Below, in pieces: positions 9,983 to 20,237 of a stretch of DNA of 64,000 nucleotides. Under the pieces are notes generated by a model. It was not told the origin of the DNA and searched no databases. It saw only the letters and a program-made list of their open reading frames with translations. The first letter of the stretch is position 1, and each line of letters opens with the position of its first letter. The position numbers and the translations under genes were made by a program. The DNA lies in NCBI GenBank assembly GCA_963703225.1, contig OY969801.1, forward strand, positions 1,131,096 through 1,195,095. The letters run 5' to 3'. Source of the DNA: Candidatus Eiseniibacteriota bacterium. GTDB lineage: Bacteria; Eisenbacteria; RBG-16-71-46; SZUA-252.

Positions 9983-11498
9983 AGCGCGGGTGCTCGCGAT
10001 CGACCAGGGAACGACCGGGACGACGGCCCTCCTCCTCGACGAGACGGGCCGCCTCCTGGCCCGCGGGTACGCCGAGCTGCCCCAGCATTTTCCCAGGCCG
10101 GGCTGGGTGGAGCATCGCGGCGAGGAGATCTGGGAGACGACGCTCCGGGCGATCCGAGACGCGCGGGAGCGCGATCCGGTGCCGGGGAGCGCCATCGCGG
10201 CGATCGGGATCACCAATCAGAGGGAGACCACGCTCGTCTGGGACCGTTCCACGTCGAGCCCGGTGGCCCCGGCGATCGTCTGGCAGGACCGCCGCACCGC
10301 TTCGCGCTGCGAGGCTCTGCGGAGGGCCGGGCACGAACGCGCCATCTCCCGGCGTACGGGGCTGCGCCTCGATCCCTATTTTTCCGCGACGAAGGTGGAG
10401 TGGATCCTCGACCACACGCCCGGCGCGCGCGCCCGCGCTCGTTCGGGTGCCCTCGCGTTCGGCACGGTGGACACCTGGCTCCTCTGGAAGCTGACGGCCG
10501 GAAGGGTTCACGCGACCGACCCCAGCAACGCGAGCCGAACGCTGCTCTACGACATCCGTCGGCTCCGTTGGGATGACGGGCTGGCCGCGACCTTCCGCGT
10601 TCCAGCAGCGGTGCTCCCCGAAGTGCGTCCGTCCGCGGGGGATTTTGGGCTGACCCGCGCGGTCCCCGGCCTCCCCGACCAGATCCCGATACGCGGGATC
10701 GCGGGGGACCAGCAGTCGGCGCTCTTCGGCCAGGGCTGCGTCTCGGCCGGCGGGCTCAAGAACACGTATGGAACGGGCTGCTTTCTCATGCTCCACACCG
10801 GCAAGACGCCGATCCCCTCCCGCTCGGGGCTTCTCACTACCGTCGCGTGCGGCCCGCGTGGGGAAGCGGCCTACGCGCTCGAAGGGAGCGTCTTCATCGC
10901 CGGCGCGGCGATCCAGTGGCTGCGGGACGGCCTCCAGATCATCGCGTCCTCGGAGGAATCCGAGCCGCTCGCGCGCTCCGTTCCCGATTCGGGAGGCACC
11001 CATCTCGTGCCGGCGTTCGCCGGATTGGGCGCGCCCTACTGGCGGCCCGAGGCGCGCGGGATCTGGTGCGGGCTCACCCGGGGAACCACGCGGGCCCATC
11101 TGGCGCGGGCCGCGCTCGAATCGATCGCGTTCCAGACGATGGACGTGGTCGACGCGATGAATTCGGAGGCGGGGGTCCGGATCCGACGCCTCCGCGTCGA
11201 CGGTGGCGCTTCCCGGAACGACTTCTTGATGCAGTTTCAGGCCGACGTCCTCGGAATCCCGATCGAGAGGCCGGCGATCGTGGAGACCACCGCGCTCGGC
11301 GCCGCGTATCTCGCCGGAATTGGAGCGAGGCTGTGGGGAGCGCGGAGCGCGATCCCCGGCGGGGCGGTCGACAAGGTGTTCGCTCCCCAGATCACGCGGG
11401 CGCGCCGGCAACGCGAAATCGACGGATGGAGGGCGGCGGTCTCGCTACTGTTGGTGCCTCGGTCTAGCCCTCGAGCCAGTCGATCATCGAAGCGATGA
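9966..11498 (+). CDS. glpK: Glycerol kinase
   Basis: From the ATG at 9966: MGGTAEARVLAIDQGTTGT..., ITNQRETT, FGTVDTWLLWKLT, GTGCF, and GLGAPYWRPEARG match the FGGY kinase / GlpK signature. It overlaps the glpD 3' end by 17 nt. Confidence 0.92.
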   Translation: MGGTAEARVLAIDQGTTGTTALLLDETGRLLARGYAELPQHFPRPGWVEHRGEEIWETTLRAIRDARERDPVPGSAIAAIGITNQRETTLVWDRSTSSPVAPAIVWQDRRTASRCEALRRAGHERAISRRTGLRLDPYFSATKVEWILDHTPGARARARSGALAFGTVDTWLLWKLTAGRVHATDPSNASRTLLYDIRRLRWDDGLAATFRVPAAVLPEVRPSAGDFGLTRAVPGLPDQIPIRGIAGDQQSALFGQGCVSAGGLKNTYGTGCFLMLHTGKTPIPSRSGLLTTVACGPRGEAAYALEGSVFIAGAAIQWLRDGLQIIASSEESEPLARSVPDSGGTHLVPAFAGLGAPYWRPEARGIWCGLTRGTTRAHLARAALESIAFQTMDVVDAMNSEAGVRIRRLRVDGGASRNDFLMQFQADVLGIPIERPAIVETTALGAAYLAGIGARLWGARSAIPGGAVDKVFAPQITRARRQREIDGWRAAVSLLLVPRSSPRASRSSKR

Positions 11499-12297
11499 TC
11501 TCCGCGCGGCCCACCTCGTTCAGGACCTCGTGGAGAAGCCCCGGGTAGAGCCGGAGGGTCACCCGACTGGCGGGCGCCGCTTTGGCCCAGCTGGCGCTGC
11601 CGAGCGCGTCGGCGATCGGGTCGTCCTCGCCATGGAGGAGCAGCGTCGGCGTCCGGAGCTCTCCGGCGCGTCTCTGGAGCGACGCGCGCATCGCCTGAAA
11701 CTCGAGAAAGAGGCGCGCGGAAATCTTGTAGTGAACCAGCGGATCGGACGCGTGCTCGCGGACGACCTCCTGATCGTGCGAGAGCATCGACGGCAGGATC
11801 ATGTTCCCCTGTGAAAAGCCGGGCCAGACGCGGACCAAGAGCTGCGCGGCCCTCACCTTGATCAGGTTCGGGCGGATCGCGAGCGCGAACGGGGGCGCGC
11901 AGAGGATGAGCCGGTCCACCCGCTCCGGATTTCTCAAGGCCCAATCGAGCGCGACAAAGGCGCCCATGCTCTGCCCGAGCAGCGACCACCGGCGGACCGG
12001 ATTCTCGGCCCGGGCCCGGTCCATCCAGGCGGTCACCGCCGAGCGGTAGTCATCCCAGGAGCGGACGTGCCCCCGTTCGCCGTAGGACTTTCCATGGCCG
12101 GGCAGGTCGAGGGCCTGGGCCATGAATCCGCGCGCCACGAACGCGGCGCCGACATGTCTGTAGCGCCCTGCGTGGTCCCCCAGCCCGGGGACCATTCCGA
12201 CTCCCCGGGTAGCGCCCCGATCGCCCCGCTCCCAGCCGACCAGCGTCCCCCGCCCCGGTACATCGATCCGAAACTCCGTGCTCGCGGCAGCCGCCAT
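11464..12297 (-). CDS. Alpha/beta hydrolase (lysophospholipase / monoacylglycerol lipase-like)
   Basis: The GQSMG nucleophile elbow and HGEDDPIAD. The ATG at 12297 is preceded by GGGAGA. Confidence 0.75.
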   Translation of the reverse strand: MAAAASTEFRIDVPGRGTLVGWERGDRGATRGVGMVPGLGDHAGRYRHVGAAFVARGFMAQALDLPGHGKSYGERGHVRSWDDYRSAVTAWMDRARAENPVRRWSLLGQSMGAFVALDWALRNPERVDRLILCAPPFALAIRPNLIKVRAAQLLVRVWPGFSQGNMILPSMLSHDQEVVREHASDPLVHYKISARLFLEFQAMRASLQRRAGELRTPTLLLHGEDDPIADALGSASWAKAAPASRVTLRLYPGLLHEVLNEVGRAEIIASMIDWLEG

Positions 12298-12361
12298 CGT
12301 TCTCCCCCCGCAGGCCGTTTGGTCGCATCCCCGGATCGGATCCGGCATCCTAACCTTTTGC

Positions 12362-13387
12362 ATGATATCGCATGAGCTTGCAGCGACGGATGCCCTTCCG
12401 GAGGGACCTGGCGAAGAGTCCGGGGTCCTCCTCGACGCCTACTCGCGCGCGGTCATGGGCGCGGTGGAAGCCGCGGCCCCGTCCGTCGTCGCCATCGATG
12501 TGGAGCAGATGGTGTCGAGGGGACGCGGGGCGGAGGGGGTGCCGTCTCGGCGGCAGGGCGGTTCGGGCTCCGGCTTCGTCTTCACCCCCGACGGATTCAT
12601 CTTCACGAACAGCCACGTGGTCCACGGCGCTTCCAAGATCGGCGTGACCCTGGCGGACGGCCAGCACCACATCGCCGACCTCGTCGGCGACGACCCAGAG
12701 ACCGACCTCGCGGTGCTTCGAATTTCCGCTCCGAGCCTCGTGCCGGCCCGGCTCGGGGATTCCCAGGAAGTCGGCGTGGGCCAGCTGGTCCTCGCGATCG
12801 GAAACCCGTACGGCTTCCAGGCGACGGTCACGGCAGGAGTCGTCAGCGCGCTCGGGCGCTCGCTTCGGTCCCGCTCGGGGCGACTCATCGACAACGTGAT
12901 CCAGACCGACGCGGCCCTCAATCCGGGCAATTCCGGAGGCCCTCTTGTAACTACACAGGGCGCCGTAATCGGGGTAAACTCCGCGGTGATCTTGCCCGCG
13001 CAAGGGATCTGCTTCGCCATCGCGATCAATACCGCCAAGCTCGTTGCGGGACAATTGATTCGAGAAGGCCGGGTCCGCCGGAGCGCCATCGGGATCGCCG
13101 GACAGAGCATTCCGCTCGCCCGGAAGGTGGCGCGGTTCCACCGCCTCGCCGCGGAGAGCGGCGTGCGTGTGGAAGCGCTGGAATCAGGCGGGCCCGCGGA
13201 ACGCGCGGGTCTGAAAACCGGTGACGTGATCGTAGCGTTTGGCGACGCGCCCATCCGGGGCATCGACGACCTGCAAGCGCGGCTCACGGACCGCGAGGTC
13301 GGCGTCCGATCTTCGATCGCGGTGCTCCGGGGAGTCGAACGGCTCGACCTGGAAATCGTACCCGGAGAATCCAAGACCATTCGCTGA
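12362..13387 (+). CDS. Trypsin-like serine protease, HtrA/DegP (S1C) family with PDZ domain
   Basis: FTNSHVV (His), DLAVLRI (Asp), GNSGGPL (Ser), and a C-terminal PDZ-like segment GVRVEALESGGPAERAGLKTGDVIVAFGD. From the ATG at 12362 no obvious signal peptide is present. Confidence 0.8.
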   Translation: MISHELAATDALPEGPGEESGVLLDAYSRAVMGAVEAAAPSVVAIDVEQMVSRGRGAEGVPSRRQGGSGSGFVFTPDGFIFTNSHVVHGASKIGVTLADGQHHIADLVGDDPETDLAVLRISAPSLVPARLGDSQEVGVGQLVLAIGNPYGFQATVTAGVVSALGRSLRSRSGRLIDNVIQTDAALNPGNSGGPLVTTQGAVIGVNSAVILPAQGICFAIAINTAKLVAGQLIREGRVRRSAIGIAGQSIPLARKVARFHRLAAESGVRVEALESGGPAERAGLKTGDVIVAFGDAPIRGIDDLQARLTDREVGVRSSIAVLRGVERLDLEIVPGESKTIR

Positions 13388-13430
13388 TCCCCCGCTAGGC
13401 CGATCGCGACGCGGGGAACAGGGGGGAATC

Positions 13431-15023
13431 GTGTCGTCTGTTCCCGGTGCGAAAGTGTTTTTCGTTCTCAGCGCGCTCGCTATCCTGGTTGCGGCGAATC
13501 CCGCGGGCGCGCAGCCAGCCGCCCTTACGGCGCCGAGCAATCCCGACAGCGCGCTCTCGGTGGCGCTCGACGCGATTGAAGGGTCTCCGATCACCCTGAA
13601 CGAGGCGATTCAGGCCGCGTTGAATGGGGGATCGACCGTGGCCCAGAGCGCCGCGGCCGCGTTCGCCGCGGCCCAAGGCACCCACCGCCGCGAGGTGGGC
13701 GCGTTCGACCCCGAGCTCTTTTTCACGGGCACCAAGTTGAAGGAAGATCAACCGACCGCCTCTCCGTTCGCCGGCGCCAACCCGCTCCAGACCGAGACCA
13801 CGGTCGGCATCGGGGGAGCGCGAATTTTGCTTCCGTTCGGCACCGACATTTCAGCGACCCTCAATGGCTCGCGGTTCGAGACCAACTCGGCCTTCGCCAC
13901 GGTGAATCCGCAGTACGACGCGAACGGACGGATCGCGGTTCGCCAGCCATTGTTGAAGGGGCTGGGTCCCGGAACCGGGAGCGAGGCGAAGGCGACCAAA
14001 CGAGAGTCCGAAGCCGCCAAGGCGCGCTACGACGACGTGGTCCTCGGCGTGCAGGCGATCGTGGAGCAGACCTATTGGGATCTCTACGCCGCCGAGCGGG
14101 ATCTCGCCGTGATCCGGCTGATCCGCGATCAGGCGACGGCGCTCACGACGCAGGCGGAGCTTCGGGCGCGCTCGGGCCTGGTCGGCCCCAACGACGTCGC
14201 CAACGCGCGGGTCTTCCTCGCCGAGCAGGAGCAGTCGGTGCTCGACCGGGAAGAGGACCTCGACAAGATCTCCGACCGTCTCGCCAGCTTGATCGGCCGC
14301 CGGCCGCCGGGCGGCGCTCCGCGCTACCGTCCGACCGACGATCCGCCTGCCCAGTTTCCGATCGAGCCCGAGGACTCCGTGGTCGCCCGCGCGCTCCGCG
14401 ACAACCGCGCGATCCACGCGAGGGAGCGGGATCTGGCCGCGGCGCGCGCCCGCGTCCAAGGCGCGGCCTGGAATCGGCTCCCCCAGCTCGACTTCATTGG
14501 CACGCTCGGTGGGCGGGGGCTCTCGGGGACCGACACGATCCCGACGAACACCGACGGGAACTTCAGCGACGCGGCGTCCCAGGTCACCGGTCGCGATTTT
14601 CCGACCTGGAGCGCCGGACTTCAGGTCTCGATCCCGATCTTCCTCCGCGAGGGGAGGGGCGAGTACGATCGTCTCCGCGGAGAGGCGGACCAGGCGGAGC
14701 AAGATCTGGCGACGGCCCGCCTCGCGCTGGCGGACGACGTGCGGTCGGCCTACCGGGCGTTGGTCCGCGCGAGCAAGCGCTTCGAGGCCGCCCAAAACGG
14801 GGCCGACGCGTCGCGCGACCAGGTGCGGATCGGCGTGCTCCAGTACAACAGCGGAAGGACCACCGCGTTCGAGCTGGTGCGCCTGGGGGCCGACCTGGCC
14901 ACCGCCCAGCAGAGGTATTCGCAGGCTCTCGTCCGCACGGCCAAGGCCGAGTCGGCGCTGCGATTCCTCACATCGAGCGGCTACGCCGCCAGCACAACCA
15001 ACGGAGGGGGCACCAAGCCATGA
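13431..15023 (+). CDS. TolC-family outer membrane efflux protein
   Basis: GTG start at 13431 followed by the signal peptide VSSVPGAKVFFVLSALAILVAANPAGAQ, then TolC-like coiled-coil repeats (LNEAIQAALN..., ARYDDVVLGVQAIVEQTYWDLYAAERDLAV). It is first in the operon with the MFP and RND genes. Confidence 0.8.
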   Translation: MSSVPGAKVFFVLSALAILVAANPAGAQPAALTAPSNPDSALSVALDAIEGSPITLNEAIQAALNGGSTVAQSAAAAFAAAQGTHRREVGAFDPELFFTGTKLKEDQPTASPFAGANPLQTETTVGIGGARILLPFGTDISATLNGSRFETNSAFATVNPQYDANGRIAVRQPLLKGLGPGTGSEAKATKRESEAAKARYDDVVLGVQAIVEQTYWDLYAAERDLAVIRLIRDQATALTTQAELRARSGLVGPNDVANARVFLAEQEQSVLDREEDLDKISDRLASLIGRRPPGGAPRYRPTDDPPAQFPIEPEDSVVARALRDNRAIHARERDLAAARARVQGAAWNRLPQLDFIGTLGGRGLSGTDTIPTNTDGNFSDAASQVTGRDFPTWSAGLQVSIPIFLREGRGEYDRLRGEADQAEQDLATARLALADDVRSAYRALVRASKRFEAAQNGADASRDQVRIGVLQYNSGRTTAFELVRLGADLATAQQRYSQALVRTAKAESALRFLTSSGYAASTTNGGGTKP

Positions 15024-16204
15024 CCTCGTTCCTACCGCGGGCGGGCGCGATGCGCCCCACCCTCGCCGCTCTCTTCGCTCTCACCGTCGCGGGGTGCGCC
15101 GGGAAAGGGCCGGGAGGGTTTTCCATGCCTCCGATGCCGGTCGAGACGTCGGTCGTCTCCCGGGAAAGAGTCTTCGATCGGTTTGACGCGGTGGGCAGCG
15201 TCGAGGCCGCGGATGCGATCACGGTCGTCTCCGAGATCGACGCCGCTGTCGTGAGCCTGCCGTTCCGCGAGGGGCAGCCGGTGGCCAAGGGGACGGTGCT
15301 CGCGCAGCTCGACGACGCGATGCTCAGAGCCGAGGTCGACCGCACGTCGGCGATCCGGGACCAGGCGCAGTCCACCTACGACCGGGTCAAGACGGTCGTG
15401 GAGGAGAAGGCCGGCTCGGCGCAGGATCTCGACGACGCGGCCGCGGCGCTCAAGGTGGCCGAGGCCAATCTCGCGTTGGCCCAGACCCACCTCTCCAAGT
15501 CCCGGATCGTGGCGGCCTTTGACGGGATGGTCGGCTCGAAGCGGGTGAGCCCCGGCGCTTACTTGAGGACCGGTGACGTCATCACCGAGCTGACACGCAT
15601 CTCGGAGCTCAAGATCACATTCTCGGCGCCGGAGCGGTATCTCTCCAAGCTCCACCCCGGCGCGAAGGTCACGGTCTCCACGACCGCCTATCCCGGCTAC
15701 ACGCTCGAGGGAAGAATCGACGTCATCGATCCAGCGCTCGATCCCGCGACCCGAAGCGCTCAGGTCATCGCGCGAGTGCCCAACCCCGGCGGCAAGTTCC
15801 GCCCCGGCATGTCGGCGGACATCTCCGCGGTCCTGAGCGAGAGGATGAACGCGCTGACGGTCCCCAACGAAGCGGTCTTCGCGGAGGGCAACCAGACCTT
15901 CGTCTACGTGGTGGGGGCCGATAGCACGGTGTCGCGCACCGCGGTCACGCTGGGCACGAGGCTTTCGGACGTGGTCGAGGTCGTGCAGGGCCTGGAACCG
16001 GGCGACCGCATCGTTCGGGCCGGGCATCAGAAGCTGTTCGATAAGGCGAAGGTGTTCCCGACCGAGTCGGGCGGCGGGGCCGGCGCGGCCGCCGGCGGCG
16101 CCGCGGCGGCGGGCGCAGGCGCTTCGGCGGGAGCCGAGAAGAAGGGCGCGCCGAGCCCGGAGAAGAAAGCGGCGTCGGGAAGCGAGAAGAAGGACGCCCC
16201 ATGA
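15020..16204 (+). CDS. RND efflux membrane fusion protein (periplasmic adaptor, HlyD/AcrA family), lipoprotein
   Basis: The ATG at 15020 overlaps the tolC stop (ATGA). The lipobox-like LTVAGCAG, a beta-barrel/lipoyl-domain pattern, and a C-terminal Gly/Ala/Lys-rich tail. Confidence 0.85.
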   Translation: MTSFLPRAGAMRPTLAALFALTVAGCAGKGPGGFSMPPMPVETSVVSRERVFDRFDAVGSVEAADAITVVSEIDAAVVSLPFREGQPVAKGTVLAQLDDAMLRAEVDRTSAIRDQAQSTYDRVKTVVEEKAGSAQDLDDAAAALKVAEANLALAQTHLSKSRIVAAFDGMVGSKRVSPGAYLRTGDVITELTRISELKITFSAPERYLSKLHPGAKVTVSTTAYPGYTLEGRIDVIDPALDPATRSAQVIARVPNPGGKFRPGMSADISAVLSERMNALTVPNEAVFAEGNQTFVYVVGADSTVSRTAVTLGTRLSDVVEVVQGLEPGDRIVRAGHQKLFDKAKVFPTESGGGAGAAAGGAAAAGAGASAGAEKKGAPSPEKKAASGSEKKDAP

Positions 16205-19200
16205 AGCTGAGCGAACTCTCCATCCAGCGCCCCGTCTTCGCGACGGTCGTGAGCATCGCGATCATCCTATTCGGCGTGATCGCGTTCTCGAGGCTGCCCG
16301 TGCGCGAGTACCCGGACATCGATCCGCCGATCGTCTCGGTGACCACGTTCTACCGGGGCGCGAGCCCGAGCGTGATCGAGACCGAGATCACCGACGTGCT
16401 CGAGGAGCAGTTCGCCACGCTCGAGGCGGTCAAGACGATCGATTCTTCGAGCCGGGAGCAGGGCTCCGTCATCACGATCGAGTTCGAGCTGTCGCGGGAC
16501 GTGGAGCAGGCCGCGAACGACGTGCGGGACCGGGTGGCGCGCGTGCGCGGCGTCCTCCCCCGCGAAGCGGACGACCCGATCGTCGCCAAGGTGGACGTCA
16601 ACGCCCAGCCGATCTTCTGGATCGCGCTCTCGAGCGATCGCCATAACGGCCTCGAGCTGAGCGAAGTCGCCGACGTCGTGCTCAAGGAGCGCCTCCAGCG
16701 TCTGCCCGGAGTGGGCGGGGTCTTCATCGGGGGCGAGCGGCGCTACGCGATGCGGGTCTGGCTGGACGCGCAGCGCATGGCGGGCCGCGGCGTGACGACC
16801 CAGGACGTGGAGCGCGCCGTGAGCTCCGAGAACGCGGAGATTCCCGGCGGACGCGTCGAGGGACGGGAGCGCGAATTCGCGGTCCGCACGCGCGGTGAGC
16901 TGGTCACGCCGGAAGAGTTCGCCGCCATTGTCATCGCGCAGCACGGAAACGACCTCGTGCGTCTCGGCGACGTGGCCGAGGTCGAAGTGGGGCCCGAGGA
17001 CGAGCGGACCGCGGCTCGCTGGAACGGGCAGCAGGCGGTGGGCCTCGGCGTCGTGAAGCAGAAGAACGCGAGCACGCTCGAGGTGGCCGAGGTGGTGCGG
17101 AAGGCGATTCCGGAGCTCCAGAAGCTCCTGCCGGCCGGCATGAAGCTCGACGTCGCGTACGACTCGTCGACCTTCATCCAGGATTCGATCACCGAGGTCT
17201 CGCACACCATCGTCATCGCGATGTGTCTCGTGGTGCTGGTGATTCTGGTTTTCCTGAAGAGCTTCCGGGCGACCTTCATTCCGGCCGTCGCGATCCCGGT
17301 CTCCATCGTGGGCGCCCTCGCGGTCGCCTACCTCCTCGGCTTCACGATCAACATCCTCACGCTGCTCGCGCTGGTCCTCGCGATCGGGCTGGTGGTCGAC
17401 GACGCCATTGTCATGCTCGAAAACGTCTACCGACACATGGAGCTGGGGAAGCCGCGCCTTCGAGCCGCGTTCGACGGGGCCAAGGAAATCGGATTCGCCA
17501 TTCTCGCGACCACCATCTCGCTGGTCGCGGTCTTCATTCCGGTGGCGTTTCTCCAGGGCACGGTCGGACGCCTCTTCAACGAGTTCGGGCTCACCGTGGC
17601 GGTGGCGGTTCTGATCTCGGGATTCGTCGCCCTGACGCTCACCCCGATGCTCTGCTCCCGGTTCCTCCAGCCGCTCCACGGGGGGAAGGACTCATGGGCA
17701 TCGCGGTCGTTTGACCAATTCTTCGCCTGGCTCAATTCCTTTTACGATCGGCTCCTGCGCGGCGCGATGCGGAGCTCCTGGCGCGTGCTGACCGTCGCCG
17801 GGGTTTTGGTCGTGGTGGCCGCCGTGATGTTCCAGTTCATGCGCCGGGAGCTGGTCCCGACGGAGGATCGCGGCGTCGGCTTTGGCATCGTGATCGCGCC
17901 GGAGGGCTCCACGCTGGAATACACCGACCGCTATATGCGGCAAGTGGAGGCGATCCTCATGCCGCTCCCCGAGCGGCGCGGGCTGTTCACGGCGACCGGT
18001 CTGGGATTCGGCGGCCCGGGGCGCGTCACCAATGGGTTCCTCTTCCTCAATCTCAAGCCCCACGGCGAGCGGCACCGTTCGGCGCAACAGATCGTCCAGC
18101 AGCTCTTCCCGCAGCTCATGGGAATCCCCGGGGTGCTCGCGTTCGTCATCAACCCGCCCAGCCTGGGCGGCGGGTTCTCCTCGTCGCCCGTCGAGTACGT
18201 GCTCCAGGCGCAGGACTATGAGACGCTCGGCCAGTCGGTGGGAATCTTGATGGGCGAGGCCCAGAAGCTGGGCTATCTGGTCAATCTCGATACCGACCTG
18301 AGGCTCAACAAGCCCCAGCTCGACATCTCGATCGATCGCGACCGCGCGTCGCAGCTCGGCGTCTCGGTGACCGACATCGGCGGCACGCTCGAGACGTTCC
18401 TGGGCGGGAAGGTGATCTCCGATTTCAAGCGGGGAACCAAGCAGTACGACGTCATCGCCCAGCTCCGGCCGACCGCGCGGGCCACGCCCGACGCGATTCA
18501 GGAGATCTATCTCCGCGGGAAAGGCGGGCTGGTTCAGCTGGCCAACGTCGTGCAGGTCCGGGAGACCGTGGCGCCCAAGGAGTTGAATCACTACAACCGG
18601 CAGCGCTCCGCGACGATCACGGCCAACCTCGTTCCCGGCGTGAGCCTGGGCAAGGCCCTCGACGACCTCGACCACATCACGAGCACCAAGCTCCCCGCGG
18701 GGGTGAAGCGGGAGCTGGGCGGGCAGTCGAAGGAGTTCCGCGAGTCGAGCAACAGCCTCTACCTGCTCTTCCTCCTCGCCGTGGTGTTCATCTACCTGGT
18801 GCTCGCGGCCCAGTTCGAGAGCTTCATCCATCCGCTCACGATTCTGCTCTCGGTGCCCCTGGCCGTCGTCGGGGCGCTCATATCGCTCTTTGTCTTTGGG
18901 CAGAGCATGAACATCTTCTCCCAGATCGGGCTGATCATGCTCATCGGGCTCGTCACCAAGAACTCGATTCTGATCGTGGAGTACGCCAATCAGCTCCGGG
19001 CCCGCGGCCTCGAGACCATGGAGGCGGTCGTGGAGGCTTCCAAGATTCGTCTCCGGCCGATTCTGATGACCTCGTTCGCGACGATCTTCGGCGTGCTGCC
19101 GATCGCGATCGGCCTGGGAGCCGGCGCCGAATCGCGCCGTCCGCTCGGCATCGCCGTGGTCGGAGGGCTTCTCTTCTCGACCTTCTTGACGCTCCTTCTG

Positions 19201-19371
19201 GTCCCGGTTGTCTACCGGATCCTCGCGAGATTCACGCACGTGGAAGCGGTCCCGGCCGAAGCCGCGGCGCAGCCGGCTCCGGGCGCGCCCGGCCCCGACG
19301 GCCACCCCACGCCGGCACTGCCCGTGGGCGAGCCGGCCGGCGCGTGGGCATCGAGCCGAACGAAGCGCTGA
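16201..19371 (+). CDS. RND transporter permease (AcrB/HAE1 family)
   Basis: 1056 aa. MKLSELSIQRPVFATVVSIAIILFGVIAFSRLPVREYPDIDPP... is a canonical RND N-terminus, with 12-TM architecture. The start overlaps the MFP stop. Confidence 0.95.
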   Translation: MKLSELSIQRPVFATVVSIAIILFGVIAFSRLPVREYPDIDPPIVSVTTFYRGASPSVIETEITDVLEEQFATLEAVKTIDSSSREQGSVITIEFELSRDVEQAANDVRDRVARVRGVLPREADDPIVAKVDVNAQPIFWIALSSDRHNGLELSEVADVVLKERLQRLPGVGGVFIGGERRYAMRVWLDAQRMAGRGVTTQDVERAVSSENAEIPGGRVEGREREFAVRTRGELVTPEEFAAIVIAQHGNDLVRLGDVAEVEVGPEDERTAARWNGQQAVGLGVVKQKNASTLEVAEVVRKAIPELQKLLPAGMKLDVAYDSSTFIQDSITEVSHTIVIAMCLVVLVILVFLKSFRATFIPAVAIPVSIVGALAVAYLLGFTINILTLLALVLAIGLVVDDAIVMLENVYRHMELGKPRLRAAFDGAKEIGFAILATTISLVAVFIPVAFLQGTVGRLFNEFGLTVAVAVLISGFVALTLTPMLCSRFLQPLHGGKDSWASRSFDQFFAWLNSFYDRLLRGAMRSSWRVLTVAGVLVVVAAVMFQFMRRELVPTEDRGVGFGIVIAPEGSTLEYTDRYMRQVEAILMPLPERRGLFTATGLGFGGPGRVTNGFLFLNLKPHGERHRSAQQIVQQLFPQLMGIPGVLAFVINPPSLGGGFSSSPVEYVLQAQDYETLGQSVGILMGEAQKLGYLVNLDTDLRLNKPQLDISIDRDRASQLGVSVTDIGGTLETFLGGKVISDFKRGTKQYDVIAQLRPTARATPDAIQEIYLRGKGGLVQLANVVQVRETVAPKELNHYNRQRSATITANLVPGVSLGKALDDLDHITSTKLPAGVKRELGGQSKEFRESSNSLYLLFLLAVVFIYLVLAAQFESFIHPLTILLSVPLAVVGALISLFVFGQSMNIFSQIGLIMLIGLVTKNSILIVEYANQLRARGLETMEAVVEASKIRLRPILMTSFATIFGVLPIAIGLGAGAESRRPLGIAVVGGLLFSTFLTLLLVPVVYRILARFTHVEAVPAEAAAQPAPGAPGPDGHPTPALPVGEPAGAWASSRTKR

Positions 19372-19380
19372 AGCCAGGGT

Positions 19381-19404
19381 CCCGAAAGTCCCTTGCGGGA
19401 CCGC
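19381..19404 (+). terminator. Putative hairpin downstream of the RND operon
   Basis: GTCCCG-aaagtcccttg-CGGGAC stem-loop about 10 nt after the RND stop; the U-tract is weak. Confidence 0.35.
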
Positions 19405-19460
19405 CGCTTCTGGGGCAAGATACGCGGCCGTAACCGACCCACGCAGACCCGGGAGATGGG

Positions 19461-20237
19461 ATGGCCACCGCGCTAGAGCATCACTCGCACGATCCGGTCC
19501 CGAGCCGCTGGCCGATTATCGCCGCGTTCGGCATCGGCCTGATTCCGATCGGGCTGGTCGCCAATGCCCACGGATGGAAGGGCGGGTTGGCGATCTTGGC
19601 CGTCGGTCTCGCGATCGGCCTGAGCTCGGCGGGGCGCTGGTGGGGCGAGCTCCTCCGCGACAAATTCTTCGGTCGGGACGCCGTCGAGGCCGATTCTCGG
19701 CTCAAACGGGCATTCGCGTTCTTCATCGCCTCCGAAGCAGCCATCTTCGCCGCGTTCTTTGCGGCGCTCTTCTACGCGAGGGTCCACGCCAAGGTCTGGC
19801 CTCCCGCGGGGATGCCGCACTTCGAGATCCTCCTTCCCGCGGTGAACACGATCATCCTCCTGAGCAGCAGCGTGACGCTCCACTTGGCCCACCTCGCGCT
19901 CGAGCGAAACCGCAAGGACGGCGTCATCGCCGGTCTCTTGATGACCATATTCCTCGGCGCGCTCTTCCTCTGCGGCCAGGCTTACGAGTACGGATTTCTG
20001 AACGGCTCCGCCTTCAACGTGCGGAGCGGGATCTTCGGGACCACCTTCTTCATGCTGACCGGGTTCCACGGCCTCCACGTGCTGGTCGGAATCATCTTCC
20101 TGAACGTCGTCTATGGGGCCGCCATCCGAAATCGCTTCACCCCCGAGCAGCACTTTCCGTTCCTCGCGGCCTCCTGGTATTGGCACTTTGTCGACATCGT
20201 ATGGGTATGCGTCTTCACCATCGTCTACCTGCTCTAG
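19461..20237 (+). CDS. Cytochrome c oxidase subunit III-like protein (orphan; no coxA/coxB adjacent)
   Basis: 258 aa polytopic protein with GFHGLHVLVGIIFL and WYWHFVDIVW, hallmarks of the heme-copper oxidase subunit III family. Confidence 0.8.
   Translation: MATALEHHSHDPVPSRWPIIAAFGIGLIPIGLVANAHGWKGGLAILAVGLAIGLSSAGRWWGELLRDKFFGRDAVEADSRLKRAFAFFIASEAAIFAAFFAALFYARVHAKVWPPAGMPHFEILLPAVNTIILLSSSVTLHLAHLALERNRKDGVIAGLLMTIFLGALFLCGQAYEYGFLNGSAFNVRSGIFGTTFFMLTGFHGLHVLVGIIFLNVVYGAAIRNRFTPEQHFPFLAASWYWHFVDIVWVCVFTIVYLL

Noticed and set aside
9212-11411. Long minus-strand ORFs (9212..10216, 9373..9804, 9756..11411) opposite glpD/glpK
   Set aside because: Antisense to two high-confidence genes. Translations are Arg/Pro-rich with no motifs.
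13851-16027. Minus-strand ORFs 13851..14795 and 15032..16027, and the long plus ORF 14075..16204 upstream part
   Set aside because: Antisense to, or out of frame with, the TolC and MFP genes. Only the MFP portion from 15020 of the plus ORF shows real protein features.
16267-19305. 470-aa and 537-aa minus-strand ORFs opposite the RND permease
   Set aside because: Asp/Arg/Glu/His-rich nonsense antisense to an unambiguous 1056-aa RND gene.
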